This document shows, one piece after another, positions 24,303-39,638 of a stretch of 64,000 nt of DNA. This DNA comes from Eledone cirrhosa. Its lineage: Eukaryota. Position numbers and translations under genes: made by a program. The notes beneath the pieces are model-generated. The model was not told the origin of the DNA, made no database searches, and worked only from the letters and a program-made list of their open reading frames with translations. How positions within the stretch are numbered: the stretch's first letter is position 1; every line of letters starts with the position of its first letter. The stretch lies in contig OZ024741.1 of NCBI GenBank assembly GCA_964016885.1, forward strand, positions 158,472,001-158,536,000. Reading direction: 5' to 3'.

Positions 24303-25305
24303 CCTCTATAAAGAAAACGATGGGCGCCTGGCACATTGAATGCGGTCAGGCGCTCACAGTCCTCTGGCAAGCGGGCAGAGCAATCAGTGGAGACTCCACT
24401 TCGACATTCTATAGAGGGATTGTACGTTACAAGGGCGACGACGTGCACGGAGCGACTCTGGGCGTCGAAGACGATTAGCTCACAAGTCTGTTTGGTAGGA
24501 CTTTCCGCTCGGGACCTATGGACAACTTCCAGAGGTCCCTGGCCTGGCAGTGCTACCAGTTCGTGACATGATCTACAGGCACGGACGCCCCGACAGGGAT
24601 CCTTCAAAGAGGACGTGTCCAAGATGCGCGCAGGACATTGAAACCATACTGCACGCAATTGTACACTGCCCGGGCGTAACCGACCTGTGGAACTATGCAG
24701 AACAACTGCTGTCGCGTATGGGACAAATCCAGTTGACTGCCGAGTCCATAGTTAGGATCAAACCGCCAGCCTCTTTCAAAAACGAAAGAGAGGCGGTTTT
24801 CCTCTGAACAGTGGCTATGGTGAAAGAAGTTATATGGTGGACGAGATTGAGAGGACTGAGGACAGATGCCTTTCTCTCCGGACAATAATTGATTCCCTTC
24901 TTTAAGTATCACTTTAGAAGGAGAATCAGAGTGGAGAGAGAGGCACTGCACCCCAGTAAATTTACTGAAAGGTGGGTGAATGTGGCAAAAATGGCCCGAG
25001 TGATTGGTTCTTCGCTGTTTATAAGCCTGTAGGTTAAAGAAGAGAGCAAAAGGAAGAAAGGAGCACTTACACAACACGCCCCTGGAGTTGAGGGTTGTTC
25101 TATCGACGGAGTATTAAACAACCCATTTGTGGCGCTCCCCCACCCCTCCTATTGGGGATTTCGATTGTTATAATTGTTTGTTTTATATTTTTTACACGAC
25201 TGTATGTAAAATCCCAGGCATGTCTTTGTATTGTCCCTTTTCTTGTGCGCCCTTGTGGCAAATAAAGAAATCTATCTATCTATCTATCTATCTGTCTAGC
25301 TATCT
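24303..25305 (+). mobile_element. L1/Tx1-like LINE 3' fragment, copy 4
   Basis: CPRCAQDIETILHAIVHCPG; AATAAA and (ATCT)n. Confidence 0.8.
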
Positions 25306-25383
25306 ATGCAAAAATGTATATACAACTATATAAACACAGGAAAAGTCTATAAATTATTTATTCACTTGAAACCCAAAACTCCA

Positions 25384-25429
25384 GTACGTCACCACTCGGT
25401 GTTTAGCGTCTCGCACGTTCCTCAGGCAC
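25384..25429 (-). ncRNA. Degenerate hammerhead motif (two core mutations)
   Basis: Minus strand GTGC-CTGAGGA-aCGT gcgag ACGc-tAAA-CACC gagt GGTG-aC-GTAC; three stems retained, G12 and U16.1 mutated. Confidence 0.55.
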
Positions 25430-25574
25430 CGCCATTTTCTCTCTCGTGTGTGTGTTGATATAAACATCCATGCACGCGTGCGTACATATACATATACGTA
25501 TATATATATATACATATATATACACATATACAGTATATATATATATGTACATATACATACATGTATACGGTACA

Positions 25575-25614
<40 letters not shown>

Positions 25615-26081
25615 CGTTTACATAGACACCTTGTTAGTTTGGGAATATAGTCCAACATGTCATTGAAGAATTTGTTGTGACTAGAATGAGTTTGTTTTGG
25701 TGAATGTAAGCATGGCGGTAGAGAGATAGAGAAGAAGAATGACATATAGCTAGAGATAGTGAACGATGGAGAAGAAGAAGGGGGGGGGGGGGTAGAGAGG
25801 GGGGGGGGGTTGAGGGTAGAGTGAGGGTAGAGTGGGGGTAGAGTGGGGTAGCCTGAGGGTAAAGAGGTGGGCGTGACTTCATTGCCGAATGTTCAACATA
25901 AATGAATATTGACAGTTTGGTATGGACACCTCAGCTGCTAGGTGTGAAAATACTCCGCTTTAACATGGTAGACATATTACTGACCCACCCACACAAGCGA
26001 ATACACACACACACACGCGCGCGCGTGCGCGCGCACAGAACGACACACACATATACGCAGACACACACACACACATACGCA

Positions 26082-26122
<41 letters not shown>

Positions 26123-26676
26123 ACTCACACACATACCCACAGACACACACAGATACACACACACATACGCAGGCACACACACACACATATACGCAGGCAG
26201 ATGTGTATACTCGCACATACACATAAACAGATATGAACATGCGCACAAATACATGATACATACAAACATACCCACAAGCAAATACTCACACAACTATATA
26301 TAGACATATATGTATGAGTGTGTGTATGTGCGTGCATATGGATATACATACATACATACACACATACACACATACATACAAACATACACACACGCATATA
26401 TATATATATATATATACCCAATACACACATATCCGCGCTCGCACATACACCCACCACCCAACACCCACACACATTTGGCTGTGTTGACAGAAATGCTCCG
26501 TTGGTTTTTCTTGAATAAGGATCAAAGTTGTTTTTGTTATTTCTGTCATCAATTTGGCGAGAAATCTCAAAGGAGGTCATTTAACACAGCATGTCAAATG
26601 TACACTTTATGTATATACACATACACACGTATATAGTATGTATGTATGTATGTATGTATGTATGTATGTATGTATG

Positions 26677-26705
<29 letters not shown>

Positions 26706-26707
<2 letters not shown>

Positions 26708-27172
26708 CAAAACCTGTCAAAGGGCAAAGAAGCTCTTAAGAGTCAATGGCCATCCAAAATCACCGGGAGAGATGACCCCTTAGCCTTTGTCTAGGCAGAA
26801 TTATAGGAGAAGGAAAACTCTGATATAACACCTGCAACCCTGATGGTATCCAATGATGTTGACTTGTTCTTCTTTTTGGTAAATATCATCTGGGTTAAGA
26901 GAGTGGGACTGGCTTTGTGCAGTGCCTTTGCTCACTATAAAAGCTTCACGGCACAGGCATTGCTTTATATCTGGAGATCTCTCTGCACTTGTCGTCAAAT
27001 GGTACCATGGGCCCAGCACTATGTATCAATAGTTGTCACAAGTGTAGTGTTTGTACCAGAGTTTTCAAGTCGCTGGCTGGACTAAAAAGTCACTCGTTCA
27101 GCGCATCGGTAGGAGTTCTCCTACATGGATATAATGTAGTGGCCGTACTCGAAAACGAGTTGGCAGCCACCA
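26706..27172 (+). mobile_element. Non-autonomous RTE-tailed retroposon (family B) flanked by (TATG)n
   Basis: Near-identical to 2296-2700. Confidence 0.8.
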
Positions 27173-27682
27173 GTATGTATGTATGTATGTATGTATGTAT
27201 GTATGTATGTATGTATGTATGTATGTATGTATGTATGTATGGATGGATGGATGATTGTATGAATGTATGTATGTATGAATGTATGTAGGTATGTATCTTT
27301 GTGAGCATGTATGCATGTATGTATGCTTGTATGTATGTGTGTATGTATGTAAGCATGTATATATGTATGCATGTATGTATATATGTGTGTGTGCATGTAT
27401 GTGTGTGTGTATGCATGCATGTATGTATGCATGTATGTATGTGTGTATGTATGTTCTTCTGGTTTTATAATTTCACAATTTTTTCCCAATAGAGAGAGAG
27501 TCGGTTTCTAACATAGACACAAGACTCTCTCATTGGAATTTACACAACATCAACTAGGTAGATTATGTATGCATGCATGCATGTGTAGAAATGGATGTTA
27601 TTTTATGTGTGGATGTGTATGTTTTGAGTTGTATGTGTGCATGTGTATATGCTTTGTATCTGTACATGTCTATATGCCGTTA

Positions 27683-28240
27683 TTAGATGCAACATTTTTG
27701 GAATGTTTTACATATTTTTACTGTTCCATTAATGGATTGTACTTGTAATTTCCTAACTAGTTGTGTTCTTTCTGTTCCTGTGAAGCCTAGCTTCTCAAGA
27801 TTTGTATTGAGGCAGTTACTAACATACCCCAGTGCCTCAATAATCACAGGCATAAATCTGAAGGTGTAATCAGGGTGGAGTATCTGCAAATTTCTCATCA
27901 GTTCTGCATAAATGTTCTCCTTTTCGTTAATCTTTGATATTATATTGGCATCTGCTGTGCAGCTAATTTCCACTACTGTGCATGCTTTCTTCTCCCTGTC
28001 CCATATCATAATATCTGGTCTGTTATACCTGCATTTTATTGGGGTTTTTACTGGAACATTCCACCAGTACTCTTTCATATTATGTACGTGGATGTCTTCC
28101 ACATTGCTGTAGTTTTCAATGTGTTTATTATCGGGGCTATCTTTTTTACGAACTGCATTGTACAGTGTTTTGGCCACTACATCATGCCTCATGGGTAGAT
28201 AGTACCGCGATGACATCTTTGGACAGCTGCTGATGACATG
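27683..28240 (-). mobile_element. R4/Dong-like non-LTR retrotransposon 3' fragment (restriction-like endonuclease)
   Basis: HVISSCPKM..YYLPMRHDVVAK...YWWN...NRPDIMIWD....VVEISC...EKENIY. Confidence 0.85.
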
Positions 28241-28280
28241 CATGTATGTATGTATGTATGTATGTATGTATGTATGTATG

Positions 28281-28722
28281 TATGTATGTATGTATGTATG
28301 TTTTCTCTTTCTCTTAATTTTGAGTATATTTTTTGACCGGTCACCTTCCTGGTGGCAAGGTTGTAAAAGAAAAGAAATTGTCATCCCTTGAATCGCAAGA
28401 ATGTTTTGCAAATTTTGAAGGTGCCAGCTATCGCAGCCATTTGTAGACTATGAATTAGGGAGCTGCGCTTTTTGTCCGCAAATCCAAGTTCAGTCATACT
28501 TTGGTCCAAGCGGGTTGGTATATAACCCGTAGCACCAATAATGATGGGTATGAAGCTAAAGGTGTATCTTGGATACTGGATTTGTAAACTCCTCATCAAT
28601 GGTCCGTAGATGTCCTCCTTCTCCTGTATTTTTCTGACAACGTTTACATCAAGTGGGCAGCTGATCTCCACAACAGAACACGTTTTCAATGTGTGGTCCC
28701 AAACTACAATATCAGGCCGGTT
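28281..28722 (-). mobile_element. R4/Dong-like RLE 3' fragment, copy 2
   Basis: NRPDIVVWDHTLKTCSVVEISCPLD...EKEDIYG; 3' UTR runs into (CATA)n. Confidence 0.85.
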
Positions 28723-28869
28723 GATGTATGTATGTATGTATGTATGTATGTATGTATGTATGTATGTATGTATGTATGTATGTATGTTTGTATGTATGTA
28801 TGTATGTATGTATGTATGTATGTATGTATGTGAGCATGTATGTATGTATGCATTTATGTGTGTACATGT

Positions 28870-29487
28870 ACTCTCTCTTAATTTTGAGTTTATTTTTTGA
28901 CCGGCCATTTTCCCAGTGGCAAGGCTGCAAAGAAAAGGAAATTGTTGTCGTCACTTGTGCAACTATTCATCTCTTGAATCGTAAGAATGTTTTACAAATT
29001 TTGAAGGTTCTAGATATTGCAGCCATTTGTAGTCTATGAATTAAAGAGCTACGTTCCTTCTCCGCAAATCCAAGTTCAGTTATATTTTAGTCCAGGCGGG
29101 TTGGTATATAACCTGTAGCACCGATAATGACGGGTATGAAGCTGAACGTGTATATTAGATACTGGATCTGCAAACTACTCATCAATGGTCTGTAGATATA
29201 CTCCTTTTCTTACATTTTCCTTGTCACATTGACATCTAGTGCGCAGCTGATTTTAATGTCTGGTCCTAAACAACAAAATCAGACGAGTTGGTGGCGGTTC
29301 ATATTGTTAGGTCACACCAGTATTCCTATGAGCCATCAGTCTCAACATATTGGGCCCTATTTACTTTGATTTTCGTCTTCCGTATAATTTAGCTATTCCA
29401 GATCATTTAGCTATCATATCATGCCTCATGGGGAGCTAGTAACGAGAATACATTCTTTCACAGTTGGCAATAAATGTGGTTAACATC

Positions 29488-29488
<1 letters not shown>
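28870..29488 (-). mobile_element. R4/Dong-like RLE 3' fragment, copy 3 (degenerate)
   Basis: Nucleotide paralogue of copy 2; includes RY*LPMRHDMI. Confidence 0.8.
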
Positions 29489-29573
<85 letters not shown>

Positions 29574-29736
29574 ACACACACACACACACGCACACACAGA
29601 TACAGATATATATATATTTATATATCCGTATGTAGTTAAGGGACTAGAGAAAAGAGTACTAAATATTGAAGCAGAGTTTAAATATTCATTTATTATGGTT
29701 ATGTAGTGAGTTTTGTACTTAGCCGTAATAGATGAA

Positions 29737-29837
<101 letters not shown>

Positions 29838-29993
29838 GCATATGTATATATATATATACACATATACATATATATCTATATCTCTATATATATATATGTG
29901 TATGTATATGCATATGTATATATATATATACACATATACATATACATATATATCTATATCTATATATATATATATGTGTATGTATATGTATAA

Positions 29994-30064
<71 letters not shown>

Positions 30065-30335
30065 TATATATCTATATCTATCTATATATATATATACATA
30101 TACATATACATACATACACATATATATATATATATACCTACATATATATACATATATATATATATATATCATATATATATATATATATACATATGCATAT
30201 GCATACATATACATATATATATATATATATAGGAACAAGTATGACCCCGACGGCAGAGCTCAAGCCGTTTCGACGGCTAATTCTGGACACTTTGGTACGT
30301 TATGGTCCCTCTGGTTCCTTACCACATTTCCTTCG

Positions 30336-30406
<71 letters not shown>

Positions 30407-30719
30407 ACATACATTGTCGTAACACCTACATGACCACTTTGCAGTGTGGAGTGGGCGCTCATTGTCGTGACACCAAAATGACCACGTAATGGTGTAGATT
30501 GGGGACTTGAGTGGGCTAGATACATGAGAAATTGGTGACGTTGATCTAGGGGTGGGGGTGTTAGGACGTGGTTGGGTGATTACAATATGGGTGGTGTATG
30601 GGAGGGAAGGTGGTGAATACTAGGTGTAAGCCTCAGCCCTGAACATGGGAAGCGTGTCTGCTGTATTACTGCATAGCGCCAGAGATCACGGTCCTGTGTC
30701 ATCGCCTTTGAGAGGTGCA

Positions 30720-31155
30720 GTTGTGCAAGGTGAGCTTTTATCACCTCATCTCAAGTCTTCCCAGGTCTGCCCACTCCATAACTTCCATCAACTTTGAGCG
30801 CTCTGCAACTTTTTATACAGCTGTTATCCTTCATACGCATCACATTACAACGCAATTTCCTTTCCTGCACACTGCATCTGATCCCTCATGCCTAATTTCT
30901 CTTTTAGTTCGTTTATGCTTTGCCGTTCATTACTATTGCACATCCATCGAAACATGGAAGCTTCATTTCTTTCCAATATTCACAGGTCCTCTGTACACAG
31001 TGCCCAAGTCTCGCTACCTTGCAACATTGCTGTTCGTATACATGCATCATACAGTCTCTGCCCTTCATTTTGAGTTTTGAGGGAAAGACCTTTTGTAGTT
31101 AGCAGCGGTAGTAGCTCCCTGAACTTTCTCCGATTCGTTCTCACTCTGGCTACTA
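30720..31155 (-). mobile_element. RTE-type LINE 3' ORF fragment (different family)
   Basis: ARVRT..RKFRELLPLL...LYDACIRTAMLQGSETWAL...LERNEASMFRWMC. Confidence 0.75.
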
Positions 31156-31168
31156 TATATATATATAC

Positions 31169-31229
<61 letters not shown>

Positions 31230-31260
31230 CAAATGGAAACTATATTTATAAAACCATATT

Positions 31261-31325
31261 TATTTCATTATACATATTTCAAGGACACCAAGGAAAATTA
31301 TGGTGCGCTTTCATCAGATAAAATA
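31261..31325 (-). ncRNA. Type I hammerhead ribozyme candidate (same family as 5644)
   Basis: Minus strand TATTTTAT-CTGATGA-AAG cGCACCA...TGGTGTc CTT-GAAA-TATGTA-TA^ATGAAATA. Confidence 0.85.
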
Positions 31326-31398
31326 TAATATAGATCAGTTTTATAAATAAATATTGACATACCCTACCCTTAAAGAATGCGAGCATTTCTGTTGGAAG

Positions 31399-32558
31399 CT
31401 CCTAGCTGATTAACCTCAGTGTCACGTGATTGATTCTTTTGAATTTGCCACTTGACCAAGTAGGCAGTGAATTTTTCGATGTCTTGGAATCTAGCCCCGC
31501 TCGCTTTTTTCCATCCACTGAATTATTTTTATATAAGTTCCCAGTGTCCCCTCATTGCCTGGAAGCTTAGCTGAGAATAGACTCCCTGATGACGTAAGGC
31601 TTCTCTATGGATACACTCTGTAACCATATTTATCCCCTTACAGAAACTAATTAGTTGGAGTGAAATTTTAGTAAGTAAGTCAATTTTCATAACTTTCTTA
31701 TTTACGTCTTTCATATAATTGTTCTGCATCCCCTTGCATAGAACCACAAAGTTACTAAGACGAAACATATATATTTGCTAGCATAGGTATGCATCTGTAT
31801 ACATATGTCGGTAGATATATTAATTCTTTATAATTATCTCCAAATTATTTGTTGAGCAAAATTTGCCGAAATTACTACTGTGATTAATAGTAGTGGCTAG
31901 GCTCTGTCTTAATAGCACCCCCACTCCTAGCTGATTAACCTCAGTGTCACGTGATTGATTCTTTTGAATTTGCCACTTAACCAAGTAGGCAGTGAATTTT
32001 TCGATGTCTTGGAATCTAGCCCCGCTCGCTTTTTTCCATCCACTGAATTATTTTTATATAAGTTCCCAGTGTCCCCGCATTGCCTGGAAGCTTAGCTGAG
32101 AATAGACTCCCTGATGACGTAAGGCTTCTCTATGGGTACACTCCGTAACCATATTTATCCCCTTACAGAAACTAATTAGTTGGAGTGAAATTTTAGTAAG
32201 TAAGTCAATTTTCATAACTTTCTTATTTACGTCTTTCATATAATTGTTCTGCATCCCCTTGCATAGAACCACAAAGTTACTAAGACAAAACATATATATT
32301 TGCTAGCATAGGTATGCATCTGTATACATATGTCGGTAGATATATTAATTCTTTATATATATATATATACATATATATATAAAGAATTAATATATCTACC
32401 GACATATGTATACAGATGCATACCTATGCTAGCAAATATATATGTTTTGTCTTAGTAACTTTGTGGTTCTATGCAAGGGGATGCAGAACAATTATATGAA
32501 AGACGTAAATAAGAAAGTTATGAAAATTGACTTACTTACTAAAATTTCACTCCAACTA

Positions 32559-32559
<1 letters not shown>
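31399..32559. repeat. About 430-bp direct duplication (period 525) followed by an inverted partial copy
   Basis: 31399-31832 matches 31924-32357; 32377-32559 is the reverse complement of the unit's 3' part. Confidence 0.95.
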
Positions 32560-32598
<39 letters not shown>

Positions 32599-32645
32599 GA
32601 GTGGAAGGTTAATAAAATCGAAGTATGTATGTATATATACATATG

Positions 32646-32692
<47 letters not shown>

Positions 32693-32709
32693 GCATGTAT
32701 GTATGTGTG

Positions 32710-32774
<65 letters not shown>

Positions 32775-32823
32775 CAGATTAAAGTTTAAGCAAAGAATCG
32801 CTGCTTTCACCCTTAACGGTATC

Positions 32824-32885
<62 letters not shown>

Positions 32886-32963
32886 GTATTATTATTACTA
32901 AATAAAAAAAAATATAAAAAAATAAAAATAAAAAATAAAGGAAGAAAGCATTATTATTATTAT

Positions 32964-34561
<1,598 letters not shown>

Positions 34562-34944
34562 ACAGATAGAAACGTGCGCGCGCTAGCACACACATATATA
34601 TTGAGAATATATATGTATAAACACAACATACATGTGCGAGCGCGTTTCTATCTGTCTTACTATTTGTATATTGAATTGTGCATTAAGCATTTGAAATATA
34701 CGATAATTACTTATCTGTCAATTGAATATGAAGGCCCAGATCAAGGATAAGAGGAGAAAGTTTGTCGATTATGTTTACCCCTAGAGGGGCCAAGGACCTG
34801 AGTGAGTGAATCCATGAGTCAATGTATGTAAATGTTCTAAATATATGATGAAACTTATTAAAATTGTTAATTTTTTTCCTTCTACAAAATATCCTGGTAA
34901 ATTAGGGATGTGTCTTATACTGAGGACATTAGAATATGAAATCT

Positions 34945-35068
34945 AGTGCTTCACCGTATTAGATCCATCATTCTGCGTTCTCTTAGTTCAAATCCAGCTG
35001 AGGTCATCTTCGTCTTTCATCTTTTCGAGATTGATAAAATAAGTACCAGTCTACTACTAGGGTCAATT
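34945..35068 (+). mobile_element. SINE family A, degenerate
   Basis: agttcaaatcc...ctttcatc...gataaaataagtaccag. Confidence 0.6.
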
Positions 35069-35107
35069 CTTCCTCTATATATCTCCCCCCCCCCGTCTCT
35101 CTCACTC

Positions 35108-35154
<47 letters not shown>

Positions 35155-35842
35155 ACCTATCTATCTATCTATCTATCTCTCTCTCTCTCTCCTTGTCTGA
35201 TACGGAGAGGAGACTGACTCCGACCGGTAAAAATGCGTAAAACACGGCATATGCCAGGATGGTGCCCCTACGACTCCAACAACAATTACGGATCCATACA
35301 TACTTACTTATGTTGGAAAGAGGGGGAGGCACGTCTTTATGCTTACAAATACGGTAATTTTCGAGATAAAAGACGGAGTGGGTAGAGTATGGCAAAGTGC
35401 TGTTATTTTGAACCGATACACTCGTAAATAAACATCCACTCTCAAATGACCTTAAAATAAATACCACCTAATATGATACTTTAAAGAATTTGTAGAAAGT
35501 CTTGGAAATTCCTAATCTCATAATTAGACGGAATATACAAGTTGATTAGCTATCAAATGCTGTGATTGTATGATATGCTGGAGTGTTGATATAAGTGATA
35601 ATGAGTCCCAAGGGATATCATATGTTTTCTGTATTTAAACTGCTAGTATCCAGACATGGAAACTTTCTAAAGCTGTCGGCGAATTAAGCATATTCACCTG
35701 TTTATATTTATATTTACTGCTTTGTTTAAATACACAAAACTGGAAATCCCCCGAGGTTCATTATCACCAATAGATGCATATGCATGCACACACATGTATA
35801 ACATACATAAAATACATATATACGCACACACGCATAACATAC

Positions 35843-35913
<71 letters not shown>

Positions 35914-35915
<2 letters not shown>

Positions 35916-36512
35916 TGGCTGCCTCCTCGTTATCGAGTATGGCCATTGCACGATATACCATTATTAATAATTATTAATTAATTCTATCGTGCAATGCCTG
36001 TGCGTGAAGATATTTTTTAAAGTGAGGAAAGACTGTGCACTGAGCCAATCCCACTCTCTGAGGGACAGTAGCTATAACCCGAAAAGAAGAAAATATCAAC
36101 ATCATCGGTAACTACTAAGCCGCAGGTTTTATGTCTGAGTTATCCCAGTTTCCTGAGTTGCCTTCTCCTAGAAGAATGCTCTGACAAAAGCTAGGAGCCC
36201 TTCACTCCCAGTGGTTTAACCGCGCGATCGGGTATCTAGCCCGATTATTTCTATGTCCCTGCGCATAACATACATACATATATGGTGGCTGCCAACTCGT
36301 TTTCGAGTACGGCCACTACTCTATATCCATGTAGGAGAACCCCTACCGATGCGCTGAACGAGTGTGACTTTTTAGTCCAGCCAGCAACTTGAAAACTCTG
36401 GTACAAACACTACACTTGTGACAATTATTGACACATAGTGCTGGGCCCATGGTACCATGTGACGACAAGTGCAGAGAGATCTCCAGATATAAAGCAATGC
36501 CTGTGCCGTGAA
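35914..36512 (-). mobile_element. Two family-B RTE-tailed retroposon fragments (about 35914-36225 and 36283-36512)
   Basis: Reverse complements of the 15577-15610 and 27000-27172 3' ends. Confidence 0.75.
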
Positions 36513-36624
36513 GCATACATACATACATACATACATACAGACAGACAGAAAGACAGACAGACAGACAGACTGATAGACAGACTGGTAGATAGACATATAG
36601 GTAGACAGGCAGAGAGGCAGACAT

Positions 36625-36775
36625 AACAATTGACCTGATATTATTGTTTGGGACCACAGATTGAAAATATGCTCCGTTGAAGTCAGCTGCCCACTCGTTG
36701 TCAATCTATTAAGAAAGATACAAGAGAAAGAGGATATATACAGACCATTGGTGAAGAGTTTGCCGATCCAGTAGC
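36625..36775 (+). mobile_element. R4/Dong-like RLE fragment
   Basis: PDIIVWDHRLKICSVEVSCPL...KIQEKEDIY, preceded by (CATA)/(CAGA) repeats. Confidence 0.7.
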
Positions 36776-36777
36776 TG

Positions 36778-37590
36778 AGATCCCTGGCCTGACAGTGCTA
36801 CCGAGGAGCTCTACCAGTTCGAGACAAGATCTACAGGCACGGACGCCCCGGCAGGGGACGTGTCGAAGAGGACGTGTCGAAGATGCGAGCAGGACATTGA
36901 AACCGTCTTGCATGCAATTGTACACTGCCCGGGCGTAACCGACCTGTGGAGTTACGCAGAACAACTGCTGTCACGTATGGGACAAATCCAGTTGACTGCC
37001 GAGTACATAGTAACGATCAAACCGCCAACCTCTTTCAAAAGCGAAAGAGAGGCGGTTTGCCTCTGTATAGTGGCTATGGTAAAAGTGATTATATGGTGGA
37101 TAAGAATGAGAGGACTGAGGACAGATGCCTTTCTCTCCGGACAACAACCCATTCCCTTCTTTAGGTACCACTTTAGAAAGGGAATCAGAGTGGAGAGAGA
37201 GGCACTGCACCCCAGTAAATTTACTGAAAGGTGGGTGAATGTAGCAAAAATGATCCGAGTGATTGGGCCTTCTCTGTATATAAACCAGTAGGTTGAAGAT
37301 GAGAGCAAAAGAAGGAAAGGAGCACTTGCACAACACGCTCCTGGAGTTGAGGGTTGTTCTATCTACGGGTATTAAACAACCCATTTATAACGCCTCCCCC
37401 CTATTGTGGATTTCGATTGTTGAATTTGTTTGTTTCAATATTTTTACACGACTGTATGTAAAATCCCCGGCATGTGTTCTTGTATTGTCCCCTTTTCTTG
37501 TGCGCCCTTGTGGCAAATAAAAAATTAATCAATCTATCTATCTATTTGAATAAAGAAAGATATCTATCTATCTATCAATCTAGCTATCTA
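36778..37590 (+). mobile_element. L1/Tx1-like LINE 3' fragment, copy 5, plus a second tiny 3' end
   Basis: CRRCEQDIETVLHAIVHCPG; two AATAAA + ATCT tails. Confidence 0.8.
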
Positions 37591-37658
37591 CTTCTCTCTC
37601 TCTCTCTCCCTCTCTCTCTTTCTCTCTCCTCCTCCCCTCTCTCTCTCTCTCTCTCTCT

Positions 37659-37716
<58 letters not shown>

Positions 37717-38024
37717 TGTCTTTGTCCTGTGCACCCCCTGTTTTGAATTCATATACTTGAGATGTGGCCTTTTTTTTAAACTATCATATAATAGACATCA
37801 CACCGTCCGGTCTGTCTTCCCCTATTCCCCCTTCTTACTGACATTCTTTGTTTGAACATTGGGCTTTTTCTGGGGTTTTTTCTCTCCTTTCTATATTGTT
37901 CTTCTTTGGTAAGCCCTCGCGCACTATTCTCTCCCTTCTTTGTAAATTGACGCACTTAGGATACTTTTTCGTCTTTATTCGTGTAATTCACCGAAAGGTA
38001 TAGATTGTCCTGTCTTTGTCTCTT

Positions 38025-39235
38025 CTCTCGGGTCTCGAATAATCGTACCCCAACCCATTTATTAATTTTTCAGACACCCCACCCCGTTCTTATTCCAACC
38101 ACCCTACTTATTAAATTTTGCTAATCTCCGGCGAAATTTTATTTTAAGTGGTAATATTTTAGTGGTAATATTTTAGTGGTAATATTTTAGTGGTAATACT
38201 TTAGTGGTAATATTTTAGTGGTAATACTTTAGTGGTAATACTTTAGTGGTAATATTTTAGTGGTAATATTTTAGTGATAATATTTTAGTGGTAATATTTT
38301 AGTGGTAATACTTTAGTGGTAATATTTTAGTGGTAATACTTTAGTGGTAATACTTTAGTGGTAATATTTTAGTGATAATATTTTAGTGGTAATATTTTAG
38401 TGATAATATTTTAGTGGTAATATTTTAGTGGTAATATTTTAGTGATAATATTTTAGTGGTAATATTTTAGTGATAATATTTTAGTGGTAATATTTTAGTG
38501 ATAATATTTTAGTGATAATATTTTAGTGGTAATATTTTAGTGATAATATTTTAGTGATAATATTTTAGTGATAATATTTTAGTGGTAATATTTTAGTGAT
38601 AATATTTTAGTGATAATATTTTAGTGGTAATATTTTAGTGGTAATATTTTAGTGGTAATACTTTAGTGGTAATACTTTAGTGGTAATATTCTAGTGGTAA
38701 TATTTTAGTGGTAATATTTTAGTGGTAATATTTTAGTGGTAATACTTTAGTGGTAATATTTTAGTGGTAATATTTTAGTGGTAATATTTTAGTGGTAATA
38801 TTTTAGTGGTAATATTTTAGTGGTAATATTTTAGTGGTAATACTTTAGTGGTAATATTTTAGTGGTAACATTTTAGTGGTAATATTTTAGTGGTAATATT
38901 TTAAGTGGTAATATTTTAGTGGTAATATTTTAGTGGTAATATTTTAATGGTAACATTTTAGTGGTAATATTTTAGTGGTAATATTTTAGTGGTAATATTT
39001 TAATGGTAATGCAACAATTAATTTTCTTTATACATTAAAAACCATTACATATGACAAAAAAGCACATTACTAGAAATCCCATATGTTATAAAATAAATAG
39101 AATGGTTTGGGTATCTCAATATGTAAACTAAACGACTAATACGGGTTTTTAAAAAAATCAACGGAGACAACCTAGAAAAATTACCGACTCTCGCCCCCGC
39201 TTATTCCAAACCCCCTATTATTTGGGACTCGAGAG
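38025..39235. mobile_element. Non-autonomous TIR element carrying a satellite
   Basis: CTCTCGGGTCTCGAATAAT (38025-38043) vs reverse complement of 39217-39235, CTCTCGAGTCCCAAATAAT (16/19); shared subterminal cttattccaa motif. Confidence 0.6.
38146..39010. repeat. 14-bp minisatellite (AGTGGTAATATTTT)n, about 60 copies
   Basis: Directly visible; clustered variants AGTGATAAT.. and ..AATACTTT. Confidence 0.97.
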
Positions 39236-39638
39236 TACCTGTTTCGTTATGTCACAATGTGCACTGGAATGAATAGGACCAATCTTGATGCATCGAAACT
39301 GTAGTGATTTCCAGAGGTTGACTGAAAAAGTAAGGCTGTCCGTTTTTCTGTTGTTGTTTTTTTCCATTGTCTTTGTCCAGTGCGCCACCCCCTCCACCTT
39401 GTTTTGAATATAATATAAGATAATTGTTTCTACTTTTGGCAAAAGGCCAGCAATTATCCCAGTCTATTACTGGTACTTTATTTTATCGACAATATTATAT
39501 TATACGTGTGTAGTATGGAGGCAAATATCTTTGTGTCTACTCTGGGATTTATACATAACCTTACCTATTGAGTATGCTGAGATGCCACCGGTACTAGCAG
39601 GGAAACCTTATGCTAGTCCCGTTAACCTCTTATTGTTA

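Noticed and set aside
31585-31640. Hammerhead inside the 525-bp repeat (CTGATGA...GTAA)
   Set aside because: No GAAA and no convincing stem I or II in either copy
35306-35452. Host exon on the minus strand (ttttaag acceptor, gtaagt donor)
   Set aside because: One frame is open but gives no recognisable protein motif and no partner exons; cannot be supported without RNA data
39238-39402. Host exon on the minus strand
   Set aside because: No recognisable translation in any frame and poor splice context
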